A stretch of 64,000 nt of DNA from Hydrolagus colliei (Eukaryota): the NCBI GenBank assembly GCA_035084275.1, contig CM068745.1, forward strand, positions 70,184,001-70,248,000, written 5' to 3'. The position numbers and the translations under genes are program-made. Of this stretch, positions 26,256-39,727 are shown one piece after another. The stretch's first letter is position 1, and every line of letters starts with the position of its first letter. Under the pieces are notes generated by a model, which was not told where the DNA came from, made no database searches, and saw only the letters and a program-made list of their open reading frames with translations.

Positions 26256-27394
26256 TGTTGGAAATCTTTGTGCACAGCTGGTGGTAAGAGACCTGACATT
26301 ATGGGTATCACTGAACTCCCTAAACTGGGTAGCTACAGATATCTTAAAGAAGACAGTCTAAGTTTTCTGGGGCTGTCTAGCTTTCATCTTACTGTGATGA
26401 GTCCTGCAATGTGAAATGATTCATTCTAATATCTTCTTCAGGACTGATGCTCAATATACTCCACTGGTTCTGCTTGCTGTTCTCCCTCCACGCTGTGCAA
26501 GGCTTTTGTCAGTCAAAAGTTCTTTGAGCTTTCTGATGTTTAGTTTGATGGGATTATGTGACAGCCTTGAGTGATTAATGCAGAAGATAAATATATTGAC
26601 TGTCAGTGCTGCCTTACCACCAGTACCAATGTGCAACAATATGTAAAAATGAGCAGTAACATTACAATGCATGGAATAATCCAGGCACTTTTTTAAAAAA
26701 ATGAAGGAATCTTCCTGAAAGAGACCTGCAATGTGTTCATCCATTAATATTCATATATAAGCAATTTGTGGGAGCGTTCTTGTGTCACATTGCAATGCAG
26801 GTCACAGGTCACTGGTCACTGAAATACACTATGCACTTTCATGAAAAATGCACAATTCAATCTAAGGGTAACTCACAATGTGTTATTTCAGTTGTTACAT
26901 GAAATGGTTCTCTAATATCATATACATTTTGGGTGAATTTTGCAATATTTCTCAACAACATTTTTCAATTAAGGCATTCCTAAGTCTGTAGCATAAGTTG
27001 CTATTGTCAAAGCAGGTTTCCAGATGGTGATATGTGTGGTTGTGTTTCCAATTATTGGAAGGAATCCTCACACAGATTTGTTAATTCAGAATTAAATTCT
27101 GAATATCACTGAAATTATTTCTTTTAAAGAAGGGAATTCATCAGCACAATAAATAATAATAATCCTTGCATTTGATATTGAGCCTTATTGTGTCTATGAG
27201 ACGTCTAAAAGTGCTTCACAGAACACAGAAGCATTAAAAGTGCTTCACAGAATGCACATTGGTACTGGTATATTGTAAAAATAAATTGATATTATATTTT
27301 GTGGGTGAAACACAGCAGCCCACAGCCCAGTGTTCCACAAGCAATCATGGTTTGAGCAACCACATTTTTGTAAGAGATTATTATCCACCATGGA

Positions 27395-27645
27395 TGTCCA
27401 TGGCCTCGCACACCCTAGCTCTGCAACCTCCTAACCCCTACCTGCCTGCCCGCCCCCTCCGATCAGCAGGCTCCTTCAAGTTCTGCCTCAAGGTCCTCCT
27501 CTTCAACTGTCCCATCGGTCACCCCAAATCCACTCCTTTCCCTCCACCCTCCCCGATGTCGACCCCTGCTCGGGTCTGAAACAGTGACTGTCCAGCGGCT
27601 TGGGACGTCCTCCTGACAGGAAAGGCGCAATACTAATGTAATTTT
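27395..27645 (+). mobile_element. L2 LINE 3' fragment, internally deleted
   Basis: ccttcaagttctgcctcaag...cttgggacgtcctcctgacaggaaaggcgcaatactaatgtaattt tail. Confidence 0.8.
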
Positions 27646-28649
27646 AATAATATATATGCTCGACCCCAATAACTTCAAGCAAAGTATTGTCAAGTACATA
27701 ATAGAGTTTGTTAGACTGCCTTGAAGCCACCAACCAAAATAGAATTTCCTTGTTAACTTCACCAACAAATAGCAAATTTGCACCAGGCTGAAATCATCCT
27801 GCACAGTCTCAATTTGAAGCAGGCCGCTGGCTGATAAACAGCTTATTACGGTTAACATTTTCCATAACTGTCCTGCTTCATTAAGGAAAAAAGATTTATT
27901 TTATAAGAAGATTTTAGCAACGCCCCCAGCTTTCAGAATTCAAATAAATTGTACCAAAGATGAATCTCACACATGAAACATTTGGTCATGGTGCTTTTGG
28001 CAAAAAGATGAATTGCACAGCCAGCAATTAGCATTTCCATGTTAAAGAGTCTTCTCTAGTCCTAATGGCATTTTATACAGAGCATTAAATACCAAAGGTC
28101 TGGGGCATGAATTTTGCCTTTTTATTTTGATCATCATTTTACAACACTGTGAATGTAGTTCATTCATAGGATCCTTAATAGAGGCGGGTTAGTGGTAGCA
28201 TTGTGAGCTTCTTAAGAACTTGTATTTAATATATCTATATATATATTATAATACCTTCCACATGGAGTCTCTAAGTACTTTACAAAGACCGAGTGGGAGT
28301 CCAAGCTCAAGGGAGATAGGAGCAGAAGGGGGTGGACACATAAAGTTTTTAAATGAGTTTTGAAAGCAGAGAGGGAGGGGATGAAGCAGAGAGAATTTGG
28401 AAGACAATTCCAGAGGACAGGGATAAAATGACTGAAAGTTCACTCTCAGAATGTGGGATACAGCAGTTTGAGGAGCAAGAAGCGGGATTGGTGGCTGAAG
28501 GATTAGGATACGGATGAGAGCAAACCTAGGGTGGGTAAGGCCATGAGGGCATTTGAAAGTAAGTCAAAGGACCTTAATTTTGATCTGCTGGAGAAAAATA
28601 AGCCAGTCAAGCTGGTAGAGGATGAGGTTGCTGGACTTTGGCAGCCTTA

Positions 28650-28928
28650 TATCCTTTGGATGATACATTAAATTGAGTTCTGGTCTGCCTGTTCAGATGG
28701 ACGTTAAAGATGCAATGGCACTATTCCAAAAGAGAAGGAAATTTCTCCCAGTGTTCTTGTTTCAAGCCCTCCAAATAAATTTGACTTTATGGCTGCGTAC
28801 AAACTGCAGGCCACGTTTCACCTAAAACAAAATACACAGTCAAAACCACTTTACAGGATTTTCAGTGAAGTACTTTGAGACTTCTCAACATCATGATAAG
28901 GCACTATATCAAATGCAAGAATTATTGT
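28650..28928 (+). mobile_element. DeuSINE-like fragment
   Basis: cctttggatgatacattaaattgag...cagatggacgttaaagatgcaatggcactatt plus the shared tail. Confidence 0.7.
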
Positions 28929-29646
28929 GTGAAAAGATTGCAGACTACAGAATTCTAAATGCTCTTCAGCTTGTGGAGGGTGACGCTGGAGACGCCAGTG
29001 GGCAGCACACAGGAAAAGTCAAGCTTAAAGGTAATATGCTTGAGGATTTGGACTACTAGTGGGGAAGGGGATGAGTGCTTCAAGTAAGGAAGGTGGACAA
29101 TATTGTGGAGATGGAGGAAAACTGTCCTGGTCATAGGCTAAATAAAAGGTTGAAAAGAGATTTAAGAGTTGAACCAAACAAAATTTAAATGTTATATAGT
29201 AAACTAGGTAGAGGTGTGGGAGCTATTAGGTTTCTAAGTACAGTAAAGGATAGGACAATGAGGAGGTTGGAAATTAAATAAGCGGAGGAAGAGACAATTT
29301 TATAATAAAGATAGAGAGAATATAAGCAATAACAAATTTGGGATAAGAGGAACAAGAATTGTAGTTACTGTTATTGCACTTACATAGTAGATTACTGTAT
29401 ATAAAAATAGATCTCACTCACTTTGCCAAGTCTGCAATGCAAATCCAATCATTCAGTATGACCTTTGAAGAAGTTCAAGCCAAACAATAGTTATTTAAAT
29501 GTATTTTTAAGTGCAAGACTTAGATTTTAGCCTTTGTACTGAAAATGCTGGCAGCATAGTTCCCTTTTATATCTGATAATAGGAACCATAGCAATTTTGT
29601 GCTCTTCCTAATACATTAATGTTTGTTCTTTGCTTAAGGGCATAAC

Positions 29647-29902
29647 TGTAATGGTACACAAAGATTCTATTCTTCATCTAGATCTTCATCAAAACCCATC
29701 AACTTTATGTGTAGTACATGTATCGTGTGAACTGAATTACTGTTTTCAGAAAGTGCAATGAAAATGCTCTGAAATGTAATGGTACACAAAGATTCTATTC
29801 TTCATCTAGATCTTCATCAAAACCCATCAACTTTATGTGTAGTACATGTATCGTGTGAACTGAATTACTGTTTTCAGAAAGTGCAATGAAAATGCTCTGA
29901 AA
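29647..29902. repeat. Perfect 128-bp tandem duplication
   Basis: 29647-29774 appears identical to 29775-29902. Confidence 0.95.
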
Positions 29903-29970
29903 TAACAGGTCAGTTCATATATCTTGTAAGGATTTGGAACCACAAGTTAATTTGTCCAATGAACAATGTT

Positions 29971-30480
29971 TGCATTTGGTATAATATTTTTTACATCAGG
30001 AGTATGTCCCAAAATGTTTCAGAGGATTTATTGTAAAGTGTATTGATTGTATTTTATAGCCAAATCCGGCATCCCAATTGCACACAGCAATGTCTCACAA
30101 ACAGCCTTGAAACAAATGACAAATTTTATTCAGGCATCAGCCAAGATACAGGGACAAACACCCTTCTCTTTTTGAGTAGAGCCATATTTTCCTTAACATG
30201 CATCTGAACAGATGGATCTTGTTTAACGTCTCATGTGAAGGGCTGCACCACCACCAACAACAACAATAAAATTACACATGTATAACGCCTTTCACTTCAG
30301 GAGGACGTCACAAGGCGCTGGACAGTCATCGTAACACTGTCAGCAGTGTTACAACACTGTAACACTGTCAGCACTCCATTGAAGTCAGCTTAGACTATGA
30401 GATTTCAAAGTCGTGACATGGTGCTTGAAGTACCAGTCACTCACAGACAAGAGTGGTATCAATTGAACCAGGCAGACACA
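29971..30480 (-). mobile_element. DeuSINE-like SINE with a nested L2 tail (about 30256-30330)
   Basis: Reverse complement has a tRNA-like head near 30470, a Deu-like centre and the tail. The insert begins aacaacaacaataaaattacac. Confidence 0.7.
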
Positions 30481-31844
30481 CAATGCCTATTTTTAATTAT
30501 TTGTAGATTGATTTAGAAAAAAAAATATTTTGGAATTGTTTTTGAATCTATATTAATGGCATCTTGGAACCATACCTTGGATAGCATACAAATCAAATTA
30601 ACCATAATAACTTGAGTTGTGTCAATGATGGTTTAAGATGCTAAGATGCTATAATAAATGTTAGGATGTCACATATAGATATATATATAATATAATGTGG
30701 GTGGAATGTGTTGAATATGGAATGTAAATGAATTAAATTATATAGCTAAGCAAACCAATTTAAAATCTCTGGTGAATATTATATGAAGAAATAACATGCC
30801 GTACATAATAAAATTGTGTTATTAAAAGTGGATTGAGAATTAGCATAATTTCATGCCACAACACAATCCAAAGGGTATTTGATTGTACAGCATCAGTGTT
30901 CTCATTAGGCTCAAGCACATTTCTGAGTACAATAGACCAGTACAAGTAAATGCTCCATAGGCCTCAGCAGTGCTGTAGCTTAATATTCACAATAAACTGC
31001 ATTTATATTGAATCTTGCACTCAGGATAGCATCACAGAAGTTCATAAATTCACAAGAAAGGTTCGGATAAAGAATGCCCCTCAGTCCATTTCATTTCATT
31101 CTTCTAGAACACACAACTTACTTTTTTTTCTTACAGTATTAAGTTTTTTTTAATGAATCCAGCATCCTAGTTGCCTTTCCTGGCAACCTTTTCTTGTCAT
31201 TGAACTCTGATAAAGAAATATTTCTTTATATCTGTCCTTACTCCTTGCAACCCTAAACCCTCTTGTCCTTCTGTCTTGATGCATCCACACCTATTGATCT
31301 AGACTTACTTGGAACAATCCCATTTGAAATGTTATATGTCTCTATAAGGCTCTTCCTGAGATGTGTCCTTTCAAGACTGAGTCACCTCCTGATTCCTGCC
31401 CTTGTGAGGTGAGCGTTTCGATGCTGTCTCGGGCCCGGGATCCAATATTGTGAAGCGCGTGGAGGGCGCTATATAAATCGAAGTTGTTGTTGTTGCTGCT
31501 GCATAGGATCAAAGGATCTTTTAACAACCACCTGAAGAACCTCCCTAATGTTCACTAATTATCTCAAAATGTCAGTCAGTACTTCACAATCTTTACCTTG
31601 TCTCTCTAAATATTCTGGTTTATCTGGTTCATAGTTCTAACCACATATTGAATTTCAGCCTCATGAGCGTATTGAGATCCTCTGCCTCACTGATGTCTGA
31701 GTCTCAGTGTTCATGGTTTGGATGGTATCCGTAGTTTTCTCCCAAGTAAAAACCTTCCAGGTAGTAATCATTTATTAAAATACTTCATGATTTTGATTAA
31801 GTGATCAAATAACCACGTAATATAAATTGCTCTGTATAAATGAC

Positions 31845-32211
31845 ATAATAATAATTTTTGCATTTGATATTGCATCTAATCACATCTTTGAGATGCCTCA
31901 AAGCAATTCACAGAATATACTATCAACTGAATTAACTGTATATTTTGTGGGCGAAACACGGCAACTCACAGCAGTGTCCCACAGTCATGGATTGAGTGAC
32001 CAAATTATGATTGTTATTTTACCTTTTTGAAGGGATCATTACCTCCGGAAAAGCAATCCGGTATCGATTACCAACCAGGTTTCCACTTACTGCTAGGTAA
32101 ACAGAGGTTTATGGAGTAAAGAAACTTGTCCAACGCTTCGGCCTGTTGGTAATCGAGCCCAGGTCCTTTCACTTGCGAGGCAAGTGCTCTGATCACTAAG
32201 CTATAGGACTC
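31845..32211 (-). mobile_element. SINE family A, long form
   Basis: Reverse complement contains the head, CCTCTGTTTACCTAGCAGTAAGTGG and the tail. Confidence 0.85.
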
Positions 32212-34204
32212 TACATCATTATTTACACTCCTTAAATTTAGGCCAGGAGTCTGACAAAATAAAGAAGACGCTACAAATGGATTTGAAGCTTTATGGGTGA
32301 ATTTTTCAGCCATAAATATTCTCTGTATATTCGCCCACAAATATACAGTCAATTCACTTTACAGTATATTCTGTGAAGCGCCATGAGACATCCAGAAGAT
32401 GTGAAAAGCACTACATCAAATGCAAGAATTATTATTACAGTATTATATAAGTTAATGCTTGATATAAGTTGTTTATGATGCATTATGGATGTGCTACTGC
32501 ACTGCTATGCATTTTGTCTAAAGTAGAAAATTACTGAGCATGTGTACTGCTGTGCCTTTCGTGAAATGTTTGCTTTTGTAACTTTGCTGGAAATGAATAC
32601 TGGAGTGTCTGCTTTCCTGTTTCTAAAGTCCTTACTTTTGTCGGGTGCAGTAATATAGAAGAAGGATATGTGACCAGATGGTCTTTCTTTGTAGAAATGG
32701 GACAGGGAATATTTTGATGGTCTCAAATCAGGATGTAACAGTGAAGGGGTAACCAATGTAACTTGTTTAAAGCGTTTGCATGCTTAAAATAATAGCATAG
32801 GCTTAATGATCAAGAGAGCACTTGATAAGGGTAGATGCAAACAAGATAGTGAAGTCAATGAAAATTGTAACATGATTGAATGGTGGCAACAGATTGAAGA
32901 AGGACAGATACGTCATGTCAACAACAAAACGACAACATATTACATTGGTGTAGTGCCTTTTAAGTCAGGAGGACATCCCAAGTCAGGCTGGACAGTCAGA
33001 GATTTGGACCCAAGCGGGAGATTGAAAGCACGAGGGGAGGAGGGGAGGGATTGATGGGTGTGCAAAGACACATTTGGTCTCAAGAAGACTTATGGAAATA
33101 ATTGGATATTTAAAATTATTTTAGTATTTAGTATACTATACTAGTATTTTAGTATTTTTTATGCTATGTCCTGTTCTCACTAGGCCATTAGCAAGAAATG
33201 GTTTGATCCACTGTTTTGCAATTACCCTTCAGCTGCCAAATTACTGTCTGGAACAAACAATCCCACATTGAATCGAACTTTTTAATAAGAATAATCTTTG
33301 AATTTGCGATAGCGCTTTTCACGTCAGGAGGACTCCCACAGTGCAAGGACTATTATCATCTGAAACTCCATTTTATCTACTTACAAAATTATTCTTCTAC
33401 TCCAGTCTTGGCTATTCAAACTGACAGAGAATTACACTTCAAACTGAAGGTAATGAAGGAATGCAAAAAGCAGGAGCTACCAAGATCAAAACAGCATCTT
33501 TCTGTTATCTTATTGACTGTACACAGTGAAAGCAGATTGGAAAAACCAGTGTCTTGCTACTTACCAAAGTAATTATTTTCAGTTCTTAGATTAGTTCTCA
33601 TAATTCTCACATCATCCAGCGAATAAAAAGATGGAGTTTTCAACTATATAAAGGGGTAATTCATCAAATTAAATTGTCTTTCATAGAACAGAATCTGCAT
33701 ATCAACTGGGGAAATCATTAAGCAAGTCTGACCCTTCAAAACCTACCACCGCAACCATGGGGGAATCTCATGCCCTCATTCTTTATAATTACTTAGACTC
33801 TTTTAGGTACAAAGTATAAGAGTCCTTACTGTGTACTAAACAAGCATCTGACAGTGAGAAACAGATTTTTTAAGTAAACATATAAGTAGGCTAAATGATT
33901 ATGATGGTCCTAAGATCTTATTCAAATTCAAATGCACTTACAAAATAATTCTTCCTCTCCAATCTTGGTTGGTTATGCAAACTGAAGATCGTGAAAGAAA
34001 ACAAAAAGCAGAAGCTGAAGAAATCAAGCAGCATTTTGATCATTTGGCCATTGGGGTCAAATGAAGCCTGTGTTTAATACCTAAGAAATTATCTTGATCC
34101 AAACCAAAAAAGGGCTTCATGTGGCTCTGTGGGCTGTTTTATAGTTAACCATTAGGTGCCAATTGTTATTTGGAATAAACAATTGCAACATGGATTGAAC
34201 TTTT

Positions 34205-34656
34205 ATAATAACGATAATCTTTCCATTTGCTATACATTAGCGCTTTTCACTTCGGAGGGACATCCCAAAATGTCTCACAGGATGTACTTCAAAGTGTAGT
34301 AACTGTGTGTGTTTTGTGGGTGAACGTGGCAGCCACTTTTCACACAACAGTGTTCCACAAGCAACTATAGAATAAAAGATCAATTTTATTTAGGCAATTG
34401 TTGGTCTGGACACAAAGAGAAAAGCCAATTTATTTTCGAACAACGCCATGAGATCTTTAATATTCATCTGAATAGACAGATGGGGCCTCAGTTTAATGTC
34501 TCACCTGAAGGTCAGCATCTCCAACAATGCAGTATATCTTCAGCACTGCATTGGAGTGTCACCTTAGACTGAATGAGTTCCAGTCGTGATGGAGGCATAA
34601 ACCGACCATCTTCTGACACAGATGCAAGAGTGCTACCAACTGAGCCGAGCTGTCAC
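34205..34656 (-). mobile_element. DeuSINE-like SINE, near full length
   Basis: Reverse complement reads GGCTCAGTTGGTAGCACTCTTGCATCTGTGTCAGAAG (tRNA head)...TCTAAGGTGACACTCCAATGCAGTGCTG...GATGCTGACCTTCAGGTGAGACATTAAAC (Deu-like), then the L2-type tail. It resembles SacSINE1/AmnSINE1 as I recall them. Confidence 0.8.
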
Positions 34657-36290
34657 TGAATGCTTAGTCATTTCATTTGAGATTCAAAGCACATTGGTGA
34701 AAGAATGAGCAGGATATCGTAATCAACTCAATTTAAACGAAGCTTGAATAGGCTAAATGTTATCTATGAAGTACATTTTGTGACAAAATGTATATACTGT
34801 AATCAGGTCTCTCATGTTGGTGACTTTTAATTAGTCCAGGATTTTTCATTGTGTAACGCTAATTGTCACTTCAAGTTCATTATGCAATTACAATTTAAAT
34901 CAACAGATATGTACATTCAGCAGAAAGATCAGCCTGGCAGTTCTTTGTTTTTAACACAAATAGCAGGATGCCACACTACGAAGAGACCCAGTAATCACGT
35001 AATGAACATTCAGAAATTAGAAAATCAATAAATAAAATTCACAGAGGTGTGACTTAATTTATACTGTAGTATGAGTGTACAAACGTTACATAATTTGTAT
35101 TTTCAATATTATGGAACATTGTGAGTAATTCAATAAGGCGTGTACTGACAACTAATCAATCTTATTTTGCCACAAATTTAAAGTTGGGAACCAGTGCCCC
35201 AATGTTATAAATAATGTATTGAACTGAGAACAAAGTCCTGTTTATTTTCAGTGGAAAATAACCTTTTGTGGGGTTGTTGCTTATATTCTGTTAAATATGA
35301 GTCAGAATGTTGTAGCTTCAATATTCACATTGGGACTTTGAGCATAGAGAAGAGACTTTCTCCGGGTGTCCAGTCTAAGAATCTCCAGATAAAATTGATG
35401 ATTCACTCATGACTGTTGTGTTCAAATTGTCTGTGGCATTCACCTAAAGGGGTACAGTCACTACTTATCATTATAACATATGGTTCAGCTTCCATGGGAC
35501 TCTACATGAGATATCAAAACAATCCTTGCAAGTGATCACATCTTATCACATCATTAAAATGTCTCAAATCGCAGAGTCAGTGGTAAGAGTCCTGTCACAT
35601 GAGCCAGGCTGGCATCCATACAATGCATGTGATGCAGGTATGAATGTCTATATTTACAAGCTTTATTAATGGAATTAAGATTTTTTTTTTAATTTAATTC
35701 TTGTTCAATTTCACTTTACAGTATACTCTGTGAAGTATATGCTGTTCGAGACGTCTAGAAAATATGATAAGGCACTATGTCAAATGTAAGGATAATTATT
35801 ATTATGGTATCTATACTACAAAGGGAGCTATTTTCTTAACCATTATTTTTCATTTGGTTATCCACTTAGTAAAGACGTTACTTACACGTAAAATTACAAA
35901 GAATATACAACACAGAAACAAGCCATTCTGGTCTATGCTGGCGTTTATGCTCTACTTGAGCCTTCTCCTGCCCTTCTTCAACTAAGCCTATCAGCATAAC
36001 CTCCTCTTCCTTTCTCCATCATGTACTTGTCTAGTTTCACCTCAAAACGATGTAGAAGTCCTTGGTAACCAATTTTTAACCTCCAAATTCCATGGACAGG
36101 ATCATTATTTCAAATGGGGAAATCACTAGGCATACAGTATCTATTTAAGACTTTTTCACCTAATCAGTAAGAAACCCATTCCTACTCATGTTCAGTATCT
36201 ATATAATATACAGCACCCCCAGGTGGTGATGTTGAAAAATTAGCTTAACTCCATTTGCTAGTATTTTTAAATATTAGCACCTCTTCCATT

Positions 36291-36566
36291 ATAATAATAA
36301 TCCTTGCATTTTATATAATGTTTTTCACATCTTCTGGACGTCTCAAAGTGCTTCAACGAATATACTGTAAAATGTGGCCGAAACGCTGTAGCCAATTGCT
36401 CAAACAGTTGTGGATTGAAATGACCAATTTTTTTGTTCTTGAGAGATTATTATTAGGCCTGTGGAGTAAGGAAACTTTCTCAAAGTTTTGACTTGACCTT
36501 CCTGGAATCAAACCCAGGTCTTACGCTTGCAAGGCGATTGCTCTAACCACTGAGCTGCAGGACTCC
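36291..36566 (-). mobile_element. SINE family A, short form
   Basis: Reverse complement of the family-A consensus. Confidence 0.85.
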
Positions 36567-37357
36567 ACGATAACCTTGCATCCAATTAATTGAAAAATGG
36601 TTCCAATAAAAAAAATTAAATAGCTGTTGTTGCTTGCTTGACGGATCTTTACCAGTTGGCAGGCCCAATTTTCATAGATAATATTTTTTACATAGATTAT
36701 TTTTCTGATGAAAAGTTCCATCATAATATTTTTTGTTATTAGATTGCACTTTCATGCAATTTAATAACTTCTGTACTAACATTGATCCTCAGAACATTCC
36801 TTTGAAGTGGGCAAAGCCTCATCCTTTTTGGGGGTAATATTGTTATCTGTAACAGGGGTCAGTCTAGCTGAGTTGGAAGCACTTTTGAGTTGGTAACTCA
36901 GTTAGCCATCAATTTAATTATCAAAGGTAAATGAAAAGATTAGGAGAATTGTTTTTTTGCACAGTGCATTAGGATATGGAATGCCTTACCTAGAAAACAT
37001 GGTTGAGGCATAATCCATATTATTTTTTAGGAGTGTATCAGACAACTGTCTGAAAAGGAGAAATATAAAATGAAACAGGAAGAGGAGCAAGAGTGTGCTA
37101 CTGAACACATACCGGTATGTCTTTCAGAGAGGCAGGATAGGGACAATGATTTCCTGTGCACTGCACATTTATATGGATCGAAGCGGATGTTAAGGCATGT
37201 ACCAGAAACTGATGTTGTGTATGATAATTCAGTATAATACATCATATAGAAACTTATTACTCCAGCTTTTGGAGAAGTTAAGTTATTATGAATAATATAT
37301 TACAGTACAGTACAGTATTTGTGGTACTTTAACACTGTTATCGGAGTTTGTTGTCAC

Positions 37358-37373
37358 TCACTAGGTGGCAGCA
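37358..37373 (+). promoter_or_regulatory. Candidate CTCF core motif
   Basis: TCACTAGGTGGCAGCA matches the CTCF core CCASYAGRKGGCRSY except at the first base, and lies in unique sequence. Motif match only. Confidence 0.4.
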
Positions 37374-38580
37374 CACTCCTTCCAGTAACTCATTTCCTTC
37401 TTTTCAGATGCCAGTACCTGCCATCTTTATTATTTGGATATCACAGTCAGTGTAATTGTAAATTGTAAGCTCTAGAGTGGTTATCATGGTGTTCTTTTGG
37501 TTTATTATTGATTGGCTAAGATTGATTTCCCGAGGAGGGGTAAATAGGAACAGGAGGCCATTCAGTCCATCCAGTCTGTTCCACCAGTTCATCAGATCTT
37601 GTCAAATCTTTTAATCCTGATGACACGCCTATCACCCATTAATACCTTTACTATCCAAGCACATGTCTATAGATTAGAATACATTACAATATAGAGCACA
37701 GAAACAGGCCATTCGGCTCAACTGGTCAATGCCGGTGTTTATGCTCCACATGAGCCTGTGTTCAAGGATAACACCAACAACACAATTACATTTATAGAGC
37801 TCCTTTCATGTCGGGAGGACATGAAACTGCTGGAGTTGAACATGAGCAGTTCAACTCCAGCAGTTTCCCAATGTGTACATTTGGGGGTCCCCAGGCCTTG
37901 GCTCTTACCAACCTGCACTGAATTCCTGATTTGTGAAGCTTGAACCCATAAATGTATGACTCAGAGGCAAAAGTTCTATCAACTGACCAGGGCTGAAACC
38001 TGAACAGTTGACACAGTAATCAAACATTGCAAGTAGAATTTTATCCCATTTTTGACATGATTGTTTCAAATGCCTTTGGATGGCAGTTCAAAATACAGTA
38101 TTCTATGTAGATATACTACTTATATCAGTACTTTCAAAAGACTTGTTCACAGCTCTAGACAGTGAATAATTGTCTCTCACAATTTCTTCAAGCAATGCCT
38201 TTCAAAGCTTTCTTCAATACATAATAAAGGTCAATTATTGTCAACATAATATGTGAAGCGCTTTGAGATGTCTAGAAGATGTGAAAAGCACTATACCCAA
38301 TGCAAGGTTTATTATTATTTATTATCAAACTGGACTTTTGCTAGCATTAAGGATGTTCAGAAAGTGACTTCCTATCACATTTACTGATCTCAAGCAGTAT
38401 GCAATAAAGATAATCCTTACATGAATGTCAGAATCATCAAAGCTGAATTGATAATTCTGTACATTGTTTCGGCCACAAAATATACAGTCTTAAAACCATT
38501 TGAGGCACCTTGACGACATGATAAGGTGCTATATCAAGTGCAAGGATTATTATTATTAATGTCAATGAACTTCACTCTTG

Positions 38581-38893
38581 GGAGTCCTGTAGCTCAGTGC
38601 TTAGAGCACTCGCCTCGTAAGCGAGAGACCTGGGTTCAATTCCCAGCAGGGCAAGACCTTGGGCAAGTTTCCTTACTCCACACGCTTGATAATAAATCCC
38701 TCAAGCAAATAAACAATTAATAAATTGGTCATTTCATTCCACAACTGTTTGTGGGACACTGCTGTGCGCAATTGGCTGCCGCATTTCGCCCACAAATATA
38801 CAGTCAATTCACTTTACAGTATAGTCTGTGAAGTGCTTTGTGACGTCTAGAAGATGTGAAAAGTGCTATATCAAATGCAAAGATTATTATTAT
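38581..38893 (+). mobile_element. SINE family A, short form, among the best-preserved copies
   Basis: GGAGTCCTGTAGCTCAGTGCTTAGAGCACTCGCCTCGTAAGCGAGAGACCTGGGTTCAATTCCC...CCTTGGGCAAGTTTCCTTACTCC...GATTATTATTAT. Confidence 0.92.
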
Positions 38894-39727
38894 AGCAGCT
38901 TTACAGATACTGAGTTTCCTCTTACATTAGAATCCTCAAAATATTTTCAGCAACAAAGTTAACTTCAGAAACAGCCAGCCCTTCAGTAACGTTAGCAAAA
39001 AGTCAACTGAGAAAGACAGCAAGAGTCCTGAATTGTGAATGGAAGAAGCTTGGCACTGCCTGATAGAGATTTGCAATACATATCCTAATTGCTGTTTCGG
39101 ATATGAACTAATTGTCTAGAAGCACTCTAATCTGATGTTCAAGGACATCAGAACAACTACTCACTTGTTCACTCATCCTTCTCTCTCTTTCCCATCTCGC
39201 ACCACCCACCACCCCCATATTTACGTGCTTACTTGTCTTGCTTTGTGACGTACTTCAGATATGATAAAACATTATATCAAATGCAATGATTATTATTATT
39301 AGTTGCACATTATCATGTTTTATAGTTTAAATGATTTTGGTCAGAAATCATTTAAACTACCTATTCAACTCCCTTGAGGAGTTGAATAGGTAGGTTTGGA
39401 TGGACAGGTGATCTATTGGAGCCTAAAATTATTTATGCTACTATTTAAAAGGTGTGAACAGACACACTTTTTTTTAGAACCTCATCTCCTGTGATGTCTT
39501 CAAACTCTACTCTTGTGACAGTATGAGCGAATTCTGCTCACTGTTCTCATTAACGATGACACTGGTGGAAATTTCATATCACTGAAGGGAATTGTCTGTT
39601 CCCAGGATACATATCACTAGCAGTTTTAAAACAGGACATGACAAAAACATATGAGAATGTGAACAGATCCTCCCAACATGAAAGGCACTATACAAATGTG
39701 ATTTTATTGTTGTTGGTGTCGTCTTTG

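Noticed and set aside
38581-38652. tRNA gene (and similar heads elsewhere)
   Set aside because: Each tRNA-like head continues into SINE body and tail, and the anticodon region varies between copies. These are SINE heads.
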